Virus record (IMG/VR): IMGVR_UViG_3300020195_000020
Coordinates: 10,146-74,145 of that record
DNA: 64,000 bases
From: a virus
Reading direction: 5' to 3' (one strand)
Each line of letters starts with the position of its first letter. The first letter of the stretch is position 1. The notes under the pieces were generated by a model, which searched no databases, was not told where the DNA came from, and saw only the letters and a list, made by a program, of their open reading frames with translations. Below, in pieces: positions 51,191 through 62,793 of the stretch. The translations under genes were made by a program, and so were the position numbers.

Positions 51191-54184
51191 ATGACCATTC
51201 GCAATCGCAGCCGCATGCGAGTCCGCCGCCCGGCCCGGGACTTTAACAATCGCCGGCCGGCGGACCGGTCGCGGCTCTACACGGGCCAAGGCGCCTATGG
51301 CAGCGTCCAACCGTTCGGCGACATCTCGACCCGCAAGTTCACGGTGGGCGGCACGGCTAGCTCGAACCTCGGCGTCCTCTGCTCGGTCGAGCGATGCCCA
51401 ATGGTCATCAAGCTCGGCGGCAAGAACCTACTGGAGATCACCCAGGTCTCGCAGGACAACGCCTTCGACTACAGCTTCTCGGCCATCATCGCGCGCAACT
51501 CCACGGACGGCGGCGTGACCTGGGGCGTGGCCAGGGAAATCTTCCGCCTCTCCGCGTATCAGGAAGGCGTCGAGTGGCTTAACGGGTTCATGGCCAGCGA
51601 GGAGCTGGACAACGCAGGCCAGATTCACATCCTGTTCTGCATCTTCACGGGCACGGGGGGCGTGATCGAGCGACCCTATGCGATGAAGCTCACCAGCACG
51701 GACCTGGGGGTGACCTGGAACTCGCCGGCACGATGCACATACTCGGCGGGCTACGTCAATGGCGTGGGTGAGATCAGTCAGCAGGTCATCAAGGTCAGCA
51801 ACGCGGTCCCGGCCGGGATGCCGACCTGCTACACCACGGGCGACCTGAGCCTCGACGCGCCGTGGGTTCACTACGCCTTCGGCCCTGGCAAGATCGTCAA
51901 GAAGGCGGACGGCACGCTCGTCGCCTTCGCCAATCACCGCTACTCGACGACCGGAACCGCGACCCAGAAGCAGTCGTGGACCCACTGCATCTATTCGACC
52001 GACAACGGTGCGACGTGGGCGCTCGGCGGTGGCTACATCGAGCAGAATAGCACCACGCAGTCGAACACGAATGAAGTGACGGCGTGCATCATCGACTCTT
52101 CCGACTCGATCCTGATCTCGTCACGCTGCACGAGTGGCTCGGGCCAGGTATGGCGGGCGATCACGACGATCACCAGCCACACGGCGAACTGGAGTTCCCC
52201 CACGTTCACGACCGACATGGGTGGCGCTGATTGCTGCGGCTCCATGTGCTGCCCGACCAAGGGCGGGCCGATCTATCACTCGCTGGTCAGCAACGTCAAC
52301 TCCAACAACACGTCCCAGCGAAATCACTTGGGGCTCTGGAAGTCCACGGACGCCGGCGCTACGTGGTCGCTGATCCAGACAATCAACCACGAGACGAGCG
52401 CCTACTCGGACCTCATCTACATCCCGGCCAGTCGCAGTTTCCATTGCACATTCGAGCGCTGCCGAGACGTATCGACGTTCCAGGCTTTTGCGGGCGAGAT
52501 CAGCCGCAAGCTGTTTACGAAGAAGTGGGCCGACCTGCCGCAGGTTCGCATGGCCAGCTTCCCATTCAACGAGGATTCGTCTGGGGCGATCCCAACTACT
52601 GGACGACCGTTGATCTGCCACGGAAACATCGACGGCGGGGGCTGGGGCGGTGCTGGTGCGTCCTATAGCGCGACTGGCGCCGTGACCAACGGCACTAGTA
52701 ACGGCATCTTCCTCCAGCTCGTCCAGACAGGAGCCAATGCCGGAGGCGGATACGCCAATCAGCGTGGCGGGCCGTGGGACTGGCCAGCCGGCGAAGCGAT
52801 CACCTTGCAACTGATCGGCATCAAGACCGTCAGCGGCAGCAACCCCGCCCTCGGCAAAACCATCATTGGTAACCGTGATTCCGGTAACGGCACTGGCTGG
52901 CAGATCAATTCCGCTGGCAGCGGCTCGTTGACCGCCACGGCGTTCGATGGCCGCGGTACAGACGCCAGTGGGAGTTCGGGAACTGGCTCGACGGTAAAGG
53001 CTAGTGGCACCGCCGCGCTGAATGGTACGCGGCGAACGATGGCCCTCACTATCAGCGCTGACCGCACCCGCGTGCGCTGGTGGAAGGAAGCGGCAGACGG
53101 GACATTCTCGGCCGGCACAGCCGCTGACTGGAGCCTGCTGACCAAGGGGATCACCGGGTCGGTGTCAACGCTCATCGGCAATCAGCTCTCGTCGCCGAGT
53201 GATACCTTTGTCGCGTCCACTGGCGAGGCGGTGGACATCTACGAGGTGCGGATTGAACATGGCATCGAGCGCGACTCCGGGTTCACCGCATTCGCGTCGC
53301 TGGTCAAGGAGTCGCCGGCAGCGTTCATCAACGCGCCCACCGCACCGAGCATCCCAGCCAACGACCCGACGCTGATCGGCTCTGGGCTCCAGTCGTGGCT
53401 GCTCGCCACCCGCGACAACGGCTACAACGCCAAGGTCGATCCCTACGGCCGACTGCCAGCGTACATGCCGCGACAAAAGGGCTCTGGTGTCCTGAGCTAC
53501 GCGGACATGATCGCCTCGTCGCGCGTGTTCACGGTGTCCAGCACCTCGCGCGGCCTGCACTACGACACTGACTCGATGGTCGGGCCGTGCTACCGCATGC
53601 AGTATTCGTCTGGCGCACACGCCTCGGGATACATGATCGCACCTGCGATCGGAATCGCCGACTGGCAGTTAACGATGGCCTTTAGCTTCGCCGGCATCTT
53701 CTGGTTCAACAGCGAGACCGGATCGAGCCAGGTCATACTTGACTCCTGCCTCGGCGGCAATCTCCATGCCGGTGTTTGGCTCGCTCGGGTCAACAGTACC
53801 GGCAAGATTCAGCTCATCATCTCCAAGGACGGAACCAACACGTCGGCTTACGCATTCGTAGACAGCGCGGTCGGCAATGTCACTATCAACACCGGCAAGC
53901 CGATCTTCCTGGGCCTCAAGTGCGCAGGGTCCGGCAAGGTGCGGGTTGCCTATGGCGAGTACGTCACGCCAGGCGTTGCTCCGACGCTGACCTTCACGGA
54001 CAGCTCGGGCAACATCACCACGGGCGGCTCGCCAATCGCCAGCGACCTGGCCCTGTACGTCGGGGACTCGCACAACACCAACGCCGCCGCCGATCTGCGC
54101 GTTGCCAAAAATCTGTTGTTCTACAACGCGGCCCTGGCCGACGCGGACTTCCAGAGTCTCGCCAGCTTCGGCGCCCAATACTAA
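51191..54184 (+). CDS. Sialidase/BNR (Asp-box) beta-propeller fused to LamG/ConA-like domains
   Basis: Four Asp-boxes (STDGGVTW, STDLGVTW, STDNGATW, STDAGATW); RCP; AYSDL; FER; C-terminal FYNAAL. Confidence 0.85.
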   Translation: MTIRNRSRMRVRRPARDFNNRRPADRSRLYTGQGAYGSVQPFGDISTRKFTVGGTASSNLGVLCSVERCPMVIKLGGKNLLEITQVSQDNAFDYSFSAIIARNSTDGGVTWGVAREIFRLSAYQEGVEWLNGFMASEELDNAGQIHILFCIFTGTGGVIERPYAMKLTSTDLGVTWNSPARCTYSAGYVNGVGEISQQVIKVSNAVPAGMPTCYTTGDLSLDAPWVHYAFGPGKIVKKADGTLVAFANHRYSTTGTATQKQSWTHCIYSTDNGATWALGGGYIEQNSTTQSNTNEVTACIIDSSDSILISSRCTSGSGQVWRAITTITSHTANWSSPTFTTDMGGADCCGSMCCPTKGGPIYHSLVSNVNSNNTSQRNHLGLWKSTDAGATWSLIQTINHETSAYSDLIYIPASRSFHCTFERCRDVSTFQAFAGEISRKLFTKKWADLPQVRMASFPFNEDSSGAIPTTGRPLICHGNIDGGGWGGAGASYSATGAVTNGTSNGIFLQLVQTGANAGGGYANQRGGPWDWPAGEAITLQLIGIKTVSGSNPALGKTIIGNRDSGNGTGWQINSAGSGSLTATAFDGRGTDASGSSGTGSTVKASGTAALNGTRRTMALTISADRTRVRWWKEAADGTFSAGTAADWSLLTKGITGSVSTLIGNQLSSPSDTFVASTGEAVDIYEVRIEHGIERDSGFTAFASLVKESPAAFINAPTAPSIPANDPTLIGSGLQSWLLATRDNGYNAKVDPYGRLPAYMPRQKGSGVLSYADMIASSRVFTVSSTSRGLHYDTDSMVGPCYRMQYSSGAHASGYMIAPAIGIADWQLTMAFSFAGIFWFNSETGSSQVILDSCLGGNLHAGVWLARVNSTGKIQLIISKDGTNTSAYAFVDSAVGNVTINTGKPIFLGLKCAGSGKVRVAYGEYVTPGVAPTLTFTDSSGNITTGGSPIASDLALYVGDSHNTNAAADLRVAKNLLFYNAALADADFQSLASFGAQY

Positions 54185-54214
54185 GAAGTTTTCCGCAAAA
54201 CCGAGGACCCACCC

Positions 54215-55562
54215 ATGGCTCTGACCGAAATCGCCTGCGCGACCAAAATTACCGGCCGTCACTTCGTGCCGACCGCCGATCACAACGACTGGAAAGCGAT
54301 TTGCACCACGCCGCAGACCGCCGACACGGCCGATCTGCTCAAGCCGTTCAATGTCAGTCGCTCCGGTCAGAATCTGGCGCTGCTCGACTACGGGTGCACC
54401 AGTTTTCGCTCGCGAGCTCGCTACACGGCCGGCTCGACTCCAAGCGTCAACCCGGTCGTGCAATTCGTCGGGTTCGACCGCAACAACATTCCCCAGCTTC
54501 TCTCGGATGATGACGGCAACACGAGCTTTACGCTCACGGCCGCGGCCGGCAGTGACCTGAAAGACCTGCAGGTGACGCCGGCGGCCTACTCGGCACCGAC
54601 GGGTCTGATCGACGCCCGCAACTGTGCCAAAGTGCTCTGCCTGGTGGTCACGCCGATGTCTGGCGGCGGCACCCAGGGCACCGACTTTGGCCCGGCGATC
54701 ATGATCCAGTGTGAATAGTCGGCCTGCAGCAACCAACGGCAACCACCATCCACGCCACTCAACCGCAGAAGGAAATATGCCATGTCCACCACGATGAAAA
54801 CCAAGCTGTCCCTCGAAATTGACACGGCCACGCCACTCGAGGCGCTGGTGACGTCGGTCGGCAGTGGCGAGAACAATCTTAATGAACCGATCGCCGCCGG
54901 GCAGACGAACCTGGGGGTGACGTGGGCTTGCGACGTCTCGGCCGTGGTGGGCTTCTGGATGAAAGCCGACTGCGACATGGTCGTGAAGACCAACAGCTCG
55001 AGCGTTCCCATTCAGACGTTGAACCTGGTCGCCGGGCGGGTCTATCACTGGAACCTTGGCGACCTGGCTGCCTTTTTCCTGACGACAGACGTCACGAGAC
55101 TGTTCGTGACCACGGCCGAGGGCGTGAGCGGCACCCTGACGATCAAGTGCTTGTACGACGCCACGCCGTAGAATTGACAGGCGGATGACAGGAACTAACA
55201 CCCGGAGAGTATGACCGATGGCCAAGCTACGCGAAGAGACCGCCGACGATCGGAAATTGCGGCTCGAAGAAATGACGCGGATGGAATCAATGAGTGTCGG
55301 GGACCTGGTCGCCCAGCAAATCGCTAAGTTCCGCGTCGTGAGATTCTTCCGGGAACCACCTCTCGCGTGCTCGATGGGCGACGTTTACATTGTCGAGGTG
55401 ACTAATGGCGGGAGAACCAAAGGATGGCAAGAGCCCGTCGATGAGCGAACCCGCAGCATGTATGCCCACGTTGACGATGCGATCAAGGTCGCCTTAGTCA
55501 GGGCGATCTCGAGAATGGACACAGACGACCGGCTGCGTCAGCCAGAAACGGCGGCAAGCTAA
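54215..55562 (+). CDS. Three hypothetical genes (54215-54718 and 54782-55171 beta-rich; 55218-55562)
   Basis: Clear SDs and codon use. Confidence 0.55.
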
Positions 55563-55591
55563 AAAATTCTGCCGCAAATTGGAAATCGCCT

Positions 55592-55627
55592 AAGGCGCGA
55601 GCTCGAAGTCGGGCTCGTCGCCTTTTT
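55592..55627 (+). terminator. Terminator at the point where + and - gene blocks converge
   Basis: AAGGCG-CGAGCTCG...CGGGCTCG-T-CGCCTT followed by a T run. Confidence 0.55.
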
Positions 55628-56527
55628 CATGCGCGTCGATCTGATGGCGCCGGCACCATGCCGGCCTCGGCACACGGTCGGCAGAGGAAGCACTCGCCTG
55701 GCCACAGCTCGCCGAGGTACTGGGGATGCACGGCCGAGCGGCCGCAGCGGTCGCAGGGCACGTCGATCCGTTGGCCTTGCATGTCGTTCACGAAATCCAG
55801 ACCGGCTTGGCCGTCGCTGCGGCTGAACATCATGAATGTCTCATCTTTGACCAACGCCCTGATCGGCATGAACAGCTCACCACTGTTAAGCATCGGCCGG
55901 CTCACTCTCTGGCGTTTGATCGAAGGGCATGGACTCGGCCGTCGACCGACTCTTCGATCAGGAAATCTCCGCTCGCATGCTCCGCACACAATGGGATGCG
56001 CAGGAAAAACTGCATCGTTCCAAGGCGATGGGCGAGACTGATCGGAGTGTCCCTGCCGTTGACTCTTACCGTGGCCGGTGACGCCTGGCACCCATCGACG
56101 CAGCACTTATCGAGTGGTCGGCTCATGCGGGTTCCTTGTCATGAACGCGCTCCGCTTTCCAGGTCGCCAGGTCCTCGCCACTCCGTTGCCAGCGTTTCAG
56201 ATGGCGGCCGCAGAGTCCGTTGGCCACGTGCGGCGCTCCGCACACCTCACAGACCCTGGGCTCGGTCGGGTTGTTCAGGCGACGCGTCTCGGCCGCCTTG
56301 CGGCCCCGCTGGCGTAGCGCCCCCTTGGTCATGCCCGGCGCCCGCCGCGTGGTCTTGATGCCGGCGGCGGCTCGGGCCTGGCGATTCACGGCCGACACGG
56401 CCGCGGCCTTCCGGCAGATCTCTCGACGCAGCTCGGGCGCGCGGGCCCGACGAAAGGCCTCGATCGCTTCCTCGGCAGCCGCCACGTCGGCGTCGGTCAG
56501 GTTATCCAGATCAACCAGGTTGGACAC
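55627..56527 (-). CDS. Three small Cys/Zn-finger genes (55869-55627, 56126-55902, 56527-56123)
   Basis: CDRC..CFLCRPC; CCVDGC..LCAEH; CEVC..LCGRH; SD AGGAG before GTG 56527. Confidence 0.55.
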
Positions 56528-57020
56528 GATTAGCACTCCTGCGGGTGTCGTTAGGTATCTTAGACAGCCGCGGCAAACTCGGCCACACGAAACCGCCGCA
56601 GACGGGCGGGCCAGAGTAGAAATCGCCGGGCCCGGGGGAGCTGCCCCGAAAGGCAGCACGGGTGACTAGTCCGCGCCGGGACCGGCTGGAGCTTCCCCAC
56701 GGCCAGCAATGCCGGCCGCGGGGTCACGTTGGACAAGGATAGCACGCCCGGCGGCCGCCCGGAAACGATCGCCGGCTGAAAAATTCTGACGTGCCAGGTC
56801 GATCCGTTAGGCGCGCGGGGCAAATCGTCCCCGCCGAACCTGTCGCCGCCGACGGCGCGCCGCCAGATTGCGACACAAGGCTAACAGGGGCCCGCCGTTA
56901 CGCTCTGGCCGGTCCAAAACAGGTGCGAATTATGCACGATCGTATGCACGGGCCAGAGTCAGGCTCTCACTCGGGTGAACCGTAGTGTTCGCGCTTTGTT
57001 CGCGCGCGAACACTTGACAC

Positions 57021-59896
57021 TCAGGCGGCCCGCTGCCAGTTGGCCGCCGCCTGGTCTGGCACTCCCAGCGCTCGCATCACGCGCTCGTGCTCCCGACAAT
57101 AGGCGCTGGAGTCTCCCTGGTTCCAGGTAAAGCGGCCGGCCTTGCGCATACGACGATTGGCAGCATCGATGGCGGCCGAGCGGGCCAGGTGGTAACAGTC
57201 GTGATAGGTGTTCGGCAGGTTGGGGCGCATCGCTAGATTCTCCTCGGGTTGGGGACTTAGGCTGCCGCGCAGCCGGAAAGTATGCTTTTATGACAAAGGC
57301 CTATAAACGGCTCACGCGGCCGCGGACTTCCAGTCGTTGACCGGGTCGGTGGCCGCCAGCTCGCGGGCCGCTTCCATTTCTGCGAAGTAGGCCATCATGC
57401 TGGCCCGCAGCGCCTCGCCTTCGGCCAGGTCGGCCCCGATCGTGGCCTTCTCCGCGGCGGTTGGCTCGAACGCGAGCAGCTCTCGCAGGTTGGCCGCGAA
57501 ATAGTCGACCATGCACTGCAAGCCGTCGTCAGCGTGATTGTTCCAGGGCCCGAAATTCCACTTGCCGGACGATCGATTACTCTGGCCGCCGGTTGCCAGG
57601 GTCCCGCCGCGGTTCGACGCGAACCGGGTAGCAATCCAGTTGCCATAGACCGAGACGCGAAGCGGTCCCGCCGGCGTGGCCAGCTCGTAGCAGCGACACG
57701 CGCCAGACTCTTCGCGGAGCCAGACGGCGCCAACGCGGGCCAGCACCTTGCCGGCTTCGACCACGAAATGACAGCGTGACAGGGCAACCGCCTTGCTCGC
57801 TCCCTTGCTCTTCACCAGGGCGCCGCCTTGCGCATAGTCGGGCTGGGCATAGTACGAGGTGAACACCTCCACCAGGTCGGCGCGCTGGCAGGGCAAACAG
57901 GCCGCCAGATCCTGGCCGCCGATTGTGATGGTGGCCCGCTCGTCGCGGGCGCGAATGGTCTCGTTGCAACAAATGCACTTCATGGTCAGCTCCTTGGGCG
58001 CAGTCACTCGCCAGGTTAAAGGGTGGACTTAGGCTCGATCGACCAGCAGGCGGATCGCCCGCATACGGTGGCCGGCGTACCATTCGGGATAGTCGGTGCC
58101 GTGCTCGATGGCCGCCTCGCAATCAGCCGCGATCGACGCGAGCAGATATTTGGCGGGATTCTTTTCATACATGCCCCAGAGTGCGAGCACAGTAGATTCG
58201 TAGTCGCGTGGGCCGTCGTACGTTTTCATGGTCAGCTCCAGTGGCGCAGTCACGCGCCAGAATAGGGGAAGGGAATCAGAACACGACGCACTAGTAGCCT
58301 TCGACGTCGGACAGCGGCTCGACCGCCCGCCAGTCCCGGCGGTTGTGCTCGCGCTTCTCCTGCATGCGAATAGTGCGGGCCATGACCTTGCGGGAATTGA
58401 ACTCCATAAACTCGACGTCCCAGTCGACCGCGCGGCGGGCCGTCCGGTCAGGGTGCGGCGGCTTGTACTCGATCGACCTGCCAAAACTCATCGTGATGCG
58501 CTTCATGGCTTGCTCCTGGGTTAGTTGTTAGAAACTTCAATGTCCATCGTGATGGCCAGTTCCCAGTCGAGATCCATCGTGCCCTCGCGAGTCTCCATTG
58601 AGTCCGACGCGTCAGCCTGGCCGATCGCAATCAGCTTCTCGATCGTGCGGACGACGTCCTCATGCGTTGCGTCCTCGACCTCTGGCGAAGTAACACGTAG
58701 CGTCACGACCTGGTCGCCGGCCGGCTCGCGCGGCTCGCCGTCGGTAGTGGGCCGCAGGCCGTGCTTGTTGAGCATCCAGGCGGCTTGATCGCAGACATCC
58801 GAACCGCTCCAGTCTTTCTCGTCGCTATAGCTATTGCCGTCGAGATAGAGGGAATCTTGTAGGTCGCGAACGATCTCGGCCAGTTTGGCGTGCGAGAGTG
58901 TGGCGGGGTCTTTCATGGTCAGCTCCTTGGGCGGTCAGCCCATCTTGGGAAAACAGGCGAAGGTAAAAAATTCTGACGTTGGCGCGCGGTCCGTTAGGCG
59001 CGCGACCGAAACTGTTGCTGCCGCCCGATCGCCTGGTGCGGGCCCACTAGAGCGGTGCGGCCGATTGACTACAGGGCCAGGTCAGGGCGCCAGCTATTCA
59101 ATGAGCTTGGCTTCCCACTCGTGCCCATCCTGGCACGTGAGCGTGACGCGGCCGGCATCGTCCACGATCGGCGCGGCGGATTCCCAGTCGACGTCCGACG
59201 ATTGCCAGGCGTTGTACTCGTATTCGCCCCCGCCCTCGTGGGCGAGGTAGTATTGAGCCTGCACGGTCTCAAGGATCCGCTCCGGCCGCTTGCCGCAGCT
59301 CGGACAGGTTGAACGCTTAAACTTCATGGCTTGTACTCCTGGCGCAGTCGGGCGCCGGCTTGTGGTGGAAAGATCGAACGGACACGACGCAAACGGCCGC
59401 CAGGTCATGCGCCCAGCAGCTCGGTTACCCGATTGGCCACGGCCATTGCATTCTCAAGGCCGCGCCAGAGCTTGGCGGAAAACAGCTCGGCATATTTCCC
59501 GTCCGGCTTGAGCAGCGCGACGCGCAGATAGTGCGCCTCATTGCTGCGGCAGGTGGCGAAGACAGCGACCTGGCCCCGCATGTTGAACCAGATCGCATCG
59601 GCCGCGGCCCGATTATCCCACGCGAGCGGGCAGCCGATCGACTCGTCAATCAGACCCTCCCGCTTGAGCACCCGATTCAGCCGGGCCAGGACCTGGCGAA
59701 TCGTCATGTCTTCCCGATACCACGCGGCCCGCAGCGCTCGGCGAGGGTCTTTCTTCTCCGCCCAGAGCCCGCCCGGCTTGCGGCCGTCGGCGTAAATCTC
59801 ATCGCGGGCCTTGCTCGCCTTGAACGCGCAGGCGAACCGCCACGGCTTGCCCGTGGGCTTCTTGGCATCGGGATGGAAACAAAAGGTAGAACGCAT
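57021..59896 (-). CDS. Array of small early-type genes (57230-57021, 57983-57312, 58229-58029, 58506-58291, 58916-58521, 59327-59094, 59896-59405)
   Basis: Each has a GGAG SD; five start directly behind the GAC-loop hairpin leader; no recognisable family. Confidence 0.65.
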
Positions 59897-60002
59897 GATT
59901 AGCTCCTTTGGCGCAGTCACGCGCCAGACTGAGGGAAGCGAAACCAACCGGCCGCCGCGGGTGCGAACCGCGGTCACTACGCATGATCGGCCGGGCATCG
60001 AC

Positions 60003-61397
60003 TCAGGCGGCCCGTTGCAGGGTGACCAAGCACGTGTTCACGTTCGTGCCGGACTCGGCGAACGTGCCGGCGGGCAGATCCCAAAACCGACCGCCCATCC
60101 GCTTGACCAGCTCCCGAAACGCGACGGCTTTAGCGTTCTCGCGGAACTCGACGCCGGCGGACATAACGGCCACCAGCTTGCCACCTGGCGCCAGGAACTT
60201 GACCGCGTGGGCGACGTGGTCAATATCCCGCTGGAGATCAAACGGCGGATTCATATAGACACGATCGAACAGGCCCAGCGAATCGACCGACTCGTCCAGG
60301 AAATCGGCCGTGCGAGTTTGCAGACCCTTGGCCCGCAGTGTGGCCGCCCGCTGGAGATTCACTTCGACGCAAGTAATATCGGCCAGCTTGTAGCGTTCGC
60401 GGACGGCGCAAGCTATGGCCCCCTCGCCGGCGCTCGGCTCCAGGACCGTAAACGGCTCGTCCCAATATCGGGGCGATGCGTTCTCCATCATCCGGCCGAC
60501 GACATCATCGGGCGTCGGGTAAAACGCGCCATTCTTGGCCAGGGTGCGATTCGGATTCGCCAGGGGGTCGCCCTTGCCGGCCACTTCATAGGCCGCGCCG
60601 ATGACGTCGCCGTAATACTCGGCCAGCAGCTTGTTACACTCCCGGACCAGGTCGTCACGCTTGAACCAGATATGCAGATTCCCGTTCGCAAAGATGCGGA
60701 TCCGGAAAAACTCATGCTCGACCACGGCCGGCCGCGACCGGCGCGCGGCGGTTTGCACCCCGGCCACGATGCCGGACTCTCGCTCCGGCAGCTCCTTGCC
60801 GGCCAGACGGCAAAACACCCGCTCGACGTCGCGGAGCGTATCATCCTGCCGGCGGTGGTGGTTCCAATACCCGCCCGCCTCAATGGCGTGGTTCAGCACG
60901 ATTCGTGAGCCGATCTTGAAACCATCGTGCGACCGAAACCGGCGATCCAACGACGAAAACGCCTCGGCAATCCCGCGCTGAAACAGCATATCGGCATCGG
61001 CCAGCAGACCGACCAGAGTAGCGCGGGCCGTGCTGGCGACCAATTCCGGCGGATCCTTTTGCAGTTGGCCGCGGAATTGTTCGCGGGCCTTGCGGTCCAT
61101 CAGCTTCTCGAACCCATGATCTTCGATCAGATGCTGCCAGGCGATGGCGTCAACGTGCTTCTTGACCTTCTCCATAAACCGCTCGGGCTCGCGCTGGTAA
61201 GAACACATGGCCGAGCAAATATCCGAAGTCGGCTTGTTCTCGCCGGGGACCAGATCCATCGCATCGTGCAGCAGGTCGTAGGCCTCGCGGAAACGGGACA
61301 GCGCGGCGTTGCGCTGGCTTTCGGCCCGCTCGATCACGTTCGACTGGATCAAAGCGGCGGCGGCGGGGCGGTCTAGTTCGGCAGTAATAATGCTCAT
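60003..61397 (-). CDS. DUF4942-like domain fused to an N6-adenine DNA methyltransferase
   Basis: FRSHDGFKIGSRIV; FFRIRIFANGNLHIWF; FYPTP; VLEPSAGEG; MNPPF; FAESGTNV. Confidence 0.88.
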   Translation of the reverse strand: MSIITAELDRPAAAALIQSNVIERAESQRNAALSRFREAYDLLHDAMDLVPGENKPTSDICSAMCSYQREPERFMEKVKKHVDAIAWQHLIEDHGFEKLMDRKAREQFRGQLQKDPPELVASTARATLVGLLADADMLFQRGIAEAFSSLDRRFRSHDGFKIGSRIVLNHAIEAGGYWNHHRRQDDTLRDVERVFCRLAGKELPERESGIVAGVQTAARRSRPAVVEHEFFRIRIFANGNLHIWFKRDDLVRECNKLLAEYYGDVIGAAYEVAGKGDPLANPNRTLAKNGAFYPTPDDVVGRMMENASPRYWDEPFTVLEPSAGEGAIACAVRERYKLADITCVEVNLQRAATLRAKGLQTRTADFLDESVDSLGLFDRVYMNPPFDLQRDIDHVAHAVKFLAPGGKLVAVMSAGVEFRENAKAVAFRELVKRMGGRFWDLPAGTFAESGTNVNTCLVTLQRAA

Positions 61398-61478
61398 GGT
61401 CAGCTCCTTGGCACAGTCACGCGCCAGATTGTAGGGAAAGAACGAAACGACGACGACGACGACAGCGACGCGCCAGAG

Positions 61479-61865
61479 TCAGGCGGCGCGGGGAACCTGC
61501 GGGTTCAGTTGATACAGCAGCTTGCGAACCTCGGCGGCCAGCTCGTAGACCTGGCGGGCCTCGGGGTGGTCCGCGTGCCGGGCGTGAAACTCCATATTGA
61601 ACTGCGACCAGTCCCACGCATTGTGAGAACTGACGGACGGAACCTGCCCAGGAGGTTGCCACACCATCACGACCAGCTCTTCAGAGTGTGAGCCCTGACC
61701 GAGCACGATTGCCCGGTAATACCCGGCGCTAAAATCGCCGGCCGGCTGATTGCAGTACAGCAGCCGCAGCGCACGTTGGGCAATGATCCGATCTTGCTCG
61801 ACCTCGCGGCAGGCATTCTCGGCCGCTTCACGTGACGGGAAACGGTATTTGCGACGCTTGGCCAT
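61479..61865 (-). CDS. Hypothetical protein
   Basis: 128 aa; SD GAGGAG. Confidence 0.6.
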   Translation of the reverse strand: MAKRRKYRFPSREAAENACREVEQDRIIAQRALRLLYCNQPAGDFSAGYYRAIVLGQGSHSEELVVMVWQPPGQVPSVSSHNAWDWSQFNMEFHARHADHPEARQVYELAAEVRKLLYQLNPQVPRAA

Positions 61866-62381
61866 TGCTCTATCTCCTCGCTGAATAGGGTTTGAAACCA
61901 GATCCCGAAATAATCAAAAAGTCAAAAATTTCCGGCGCTTTTCACGTTAATCCCCCGGCGGCGCCGCGCCGGCCTGCCGCCGGCCGGGACCCCCGCCCGC
62001 GGTGTCTCCCGCCCGCGACACGTGCACGCGCGGGCGCGCGCGCTCCCCCGCGGATTCGCGCGGCGGGCGGGCCCGCGCGACGTCCAAACAAATCCGGATC
62101 CCCACGCGGCCCACGCGTCGCACCTGGCGACGTGCACGCGGCCGCGGTTTCGCTCCGTCACAAGATCGGGCCCCGCGGCCGATCGCCGGCGGGCCCACGC
62201 GTCACGGGCCAGCACGGGCCCGCAGACGGGCCCGCGTCATGGCGGGCCCCACGAATCAAGAATCGGCCAGACCGGGCCAGCACGGGCCCGCGTCACGTTC
62301 AAGCGGCCGGACGATGGGCCAGCACCTGGCGGGCCCATCGTCGGGCCGCCCTGGCGACGTTCGCCAGGACAGCTCACGACG

Positions 62382-62642
62382 TCAAGCGGCGGGCCGCGGC
62401 GGGCCCACGGTCACCCGATGGCCGGACGATTGCAGCTCGGCCAGCACGCGGGCCCCGTCGACAGCGGACAGCATGCAAAACACCTGGCGACCGCGGCCGG
62501 CGGGCACGGCCCACAATCGGGCGCCAGAGAACAGCGACAAGCGGCGGGCGGACTCCCCGCGGGCCAGATACTGGCCGCGAATCTTCTCCAGACCGATCGG
62601 CCGGCGGGCCGCGGGTTCGCACCGCGTCACGAGACCTAACAT
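62382..62642 (-). CDS. Small hypothetical protein
   Basis: ATG lies at the exact end of the 127-bp repeated leader that also serves the 63876 gene. Confidence 0.45.
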   Translation of the reverse strand: MLGLVTRCEPAARRPIGLEKIRGQYLARGESARRLSLFSGARLWAVPAGRGRQVFCMLSAVDGARVLAELQSSGHRVTVGPPRPAA

Positions 62643-62766
62643 GGTAGACAGCTCCCCGGGCAGTCACGCCCGATAGTAGGACCTGGCGGGCCGTGCGACG
62701 TGCACGGCTTGCGCCCGATCGTGGGCCAGCACAATGGCGGGCCCACGATCGGGCGCCCCCTGGCGA
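62640..62766. repeat. 127-bp exact direct repeat, copy 1
   Basis: Identical to 63874-64000 (offset 1234 bp). Confidence 0.95.
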
Positions 62767-62793
62767 CGTCGCCAGGGGACACCCGCGGCCATG

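Noticed and set aside
413-55225. Many long antisense or alternate-frame ORFs (e.g. 413-1663, 23497-25017, 28357-29502, 53669-55225)
   Set aside because: Shadow ORFs of high-GC coding sequence; they overlap well-supported genes and lack motifs
61892-62676. Arg/Gly/Pro-rich + strand ORFs of 205-251 aa
   Set aside because: Low-complexity products of an extremely GC-rich palindromic tract, opposite to local gene orientation
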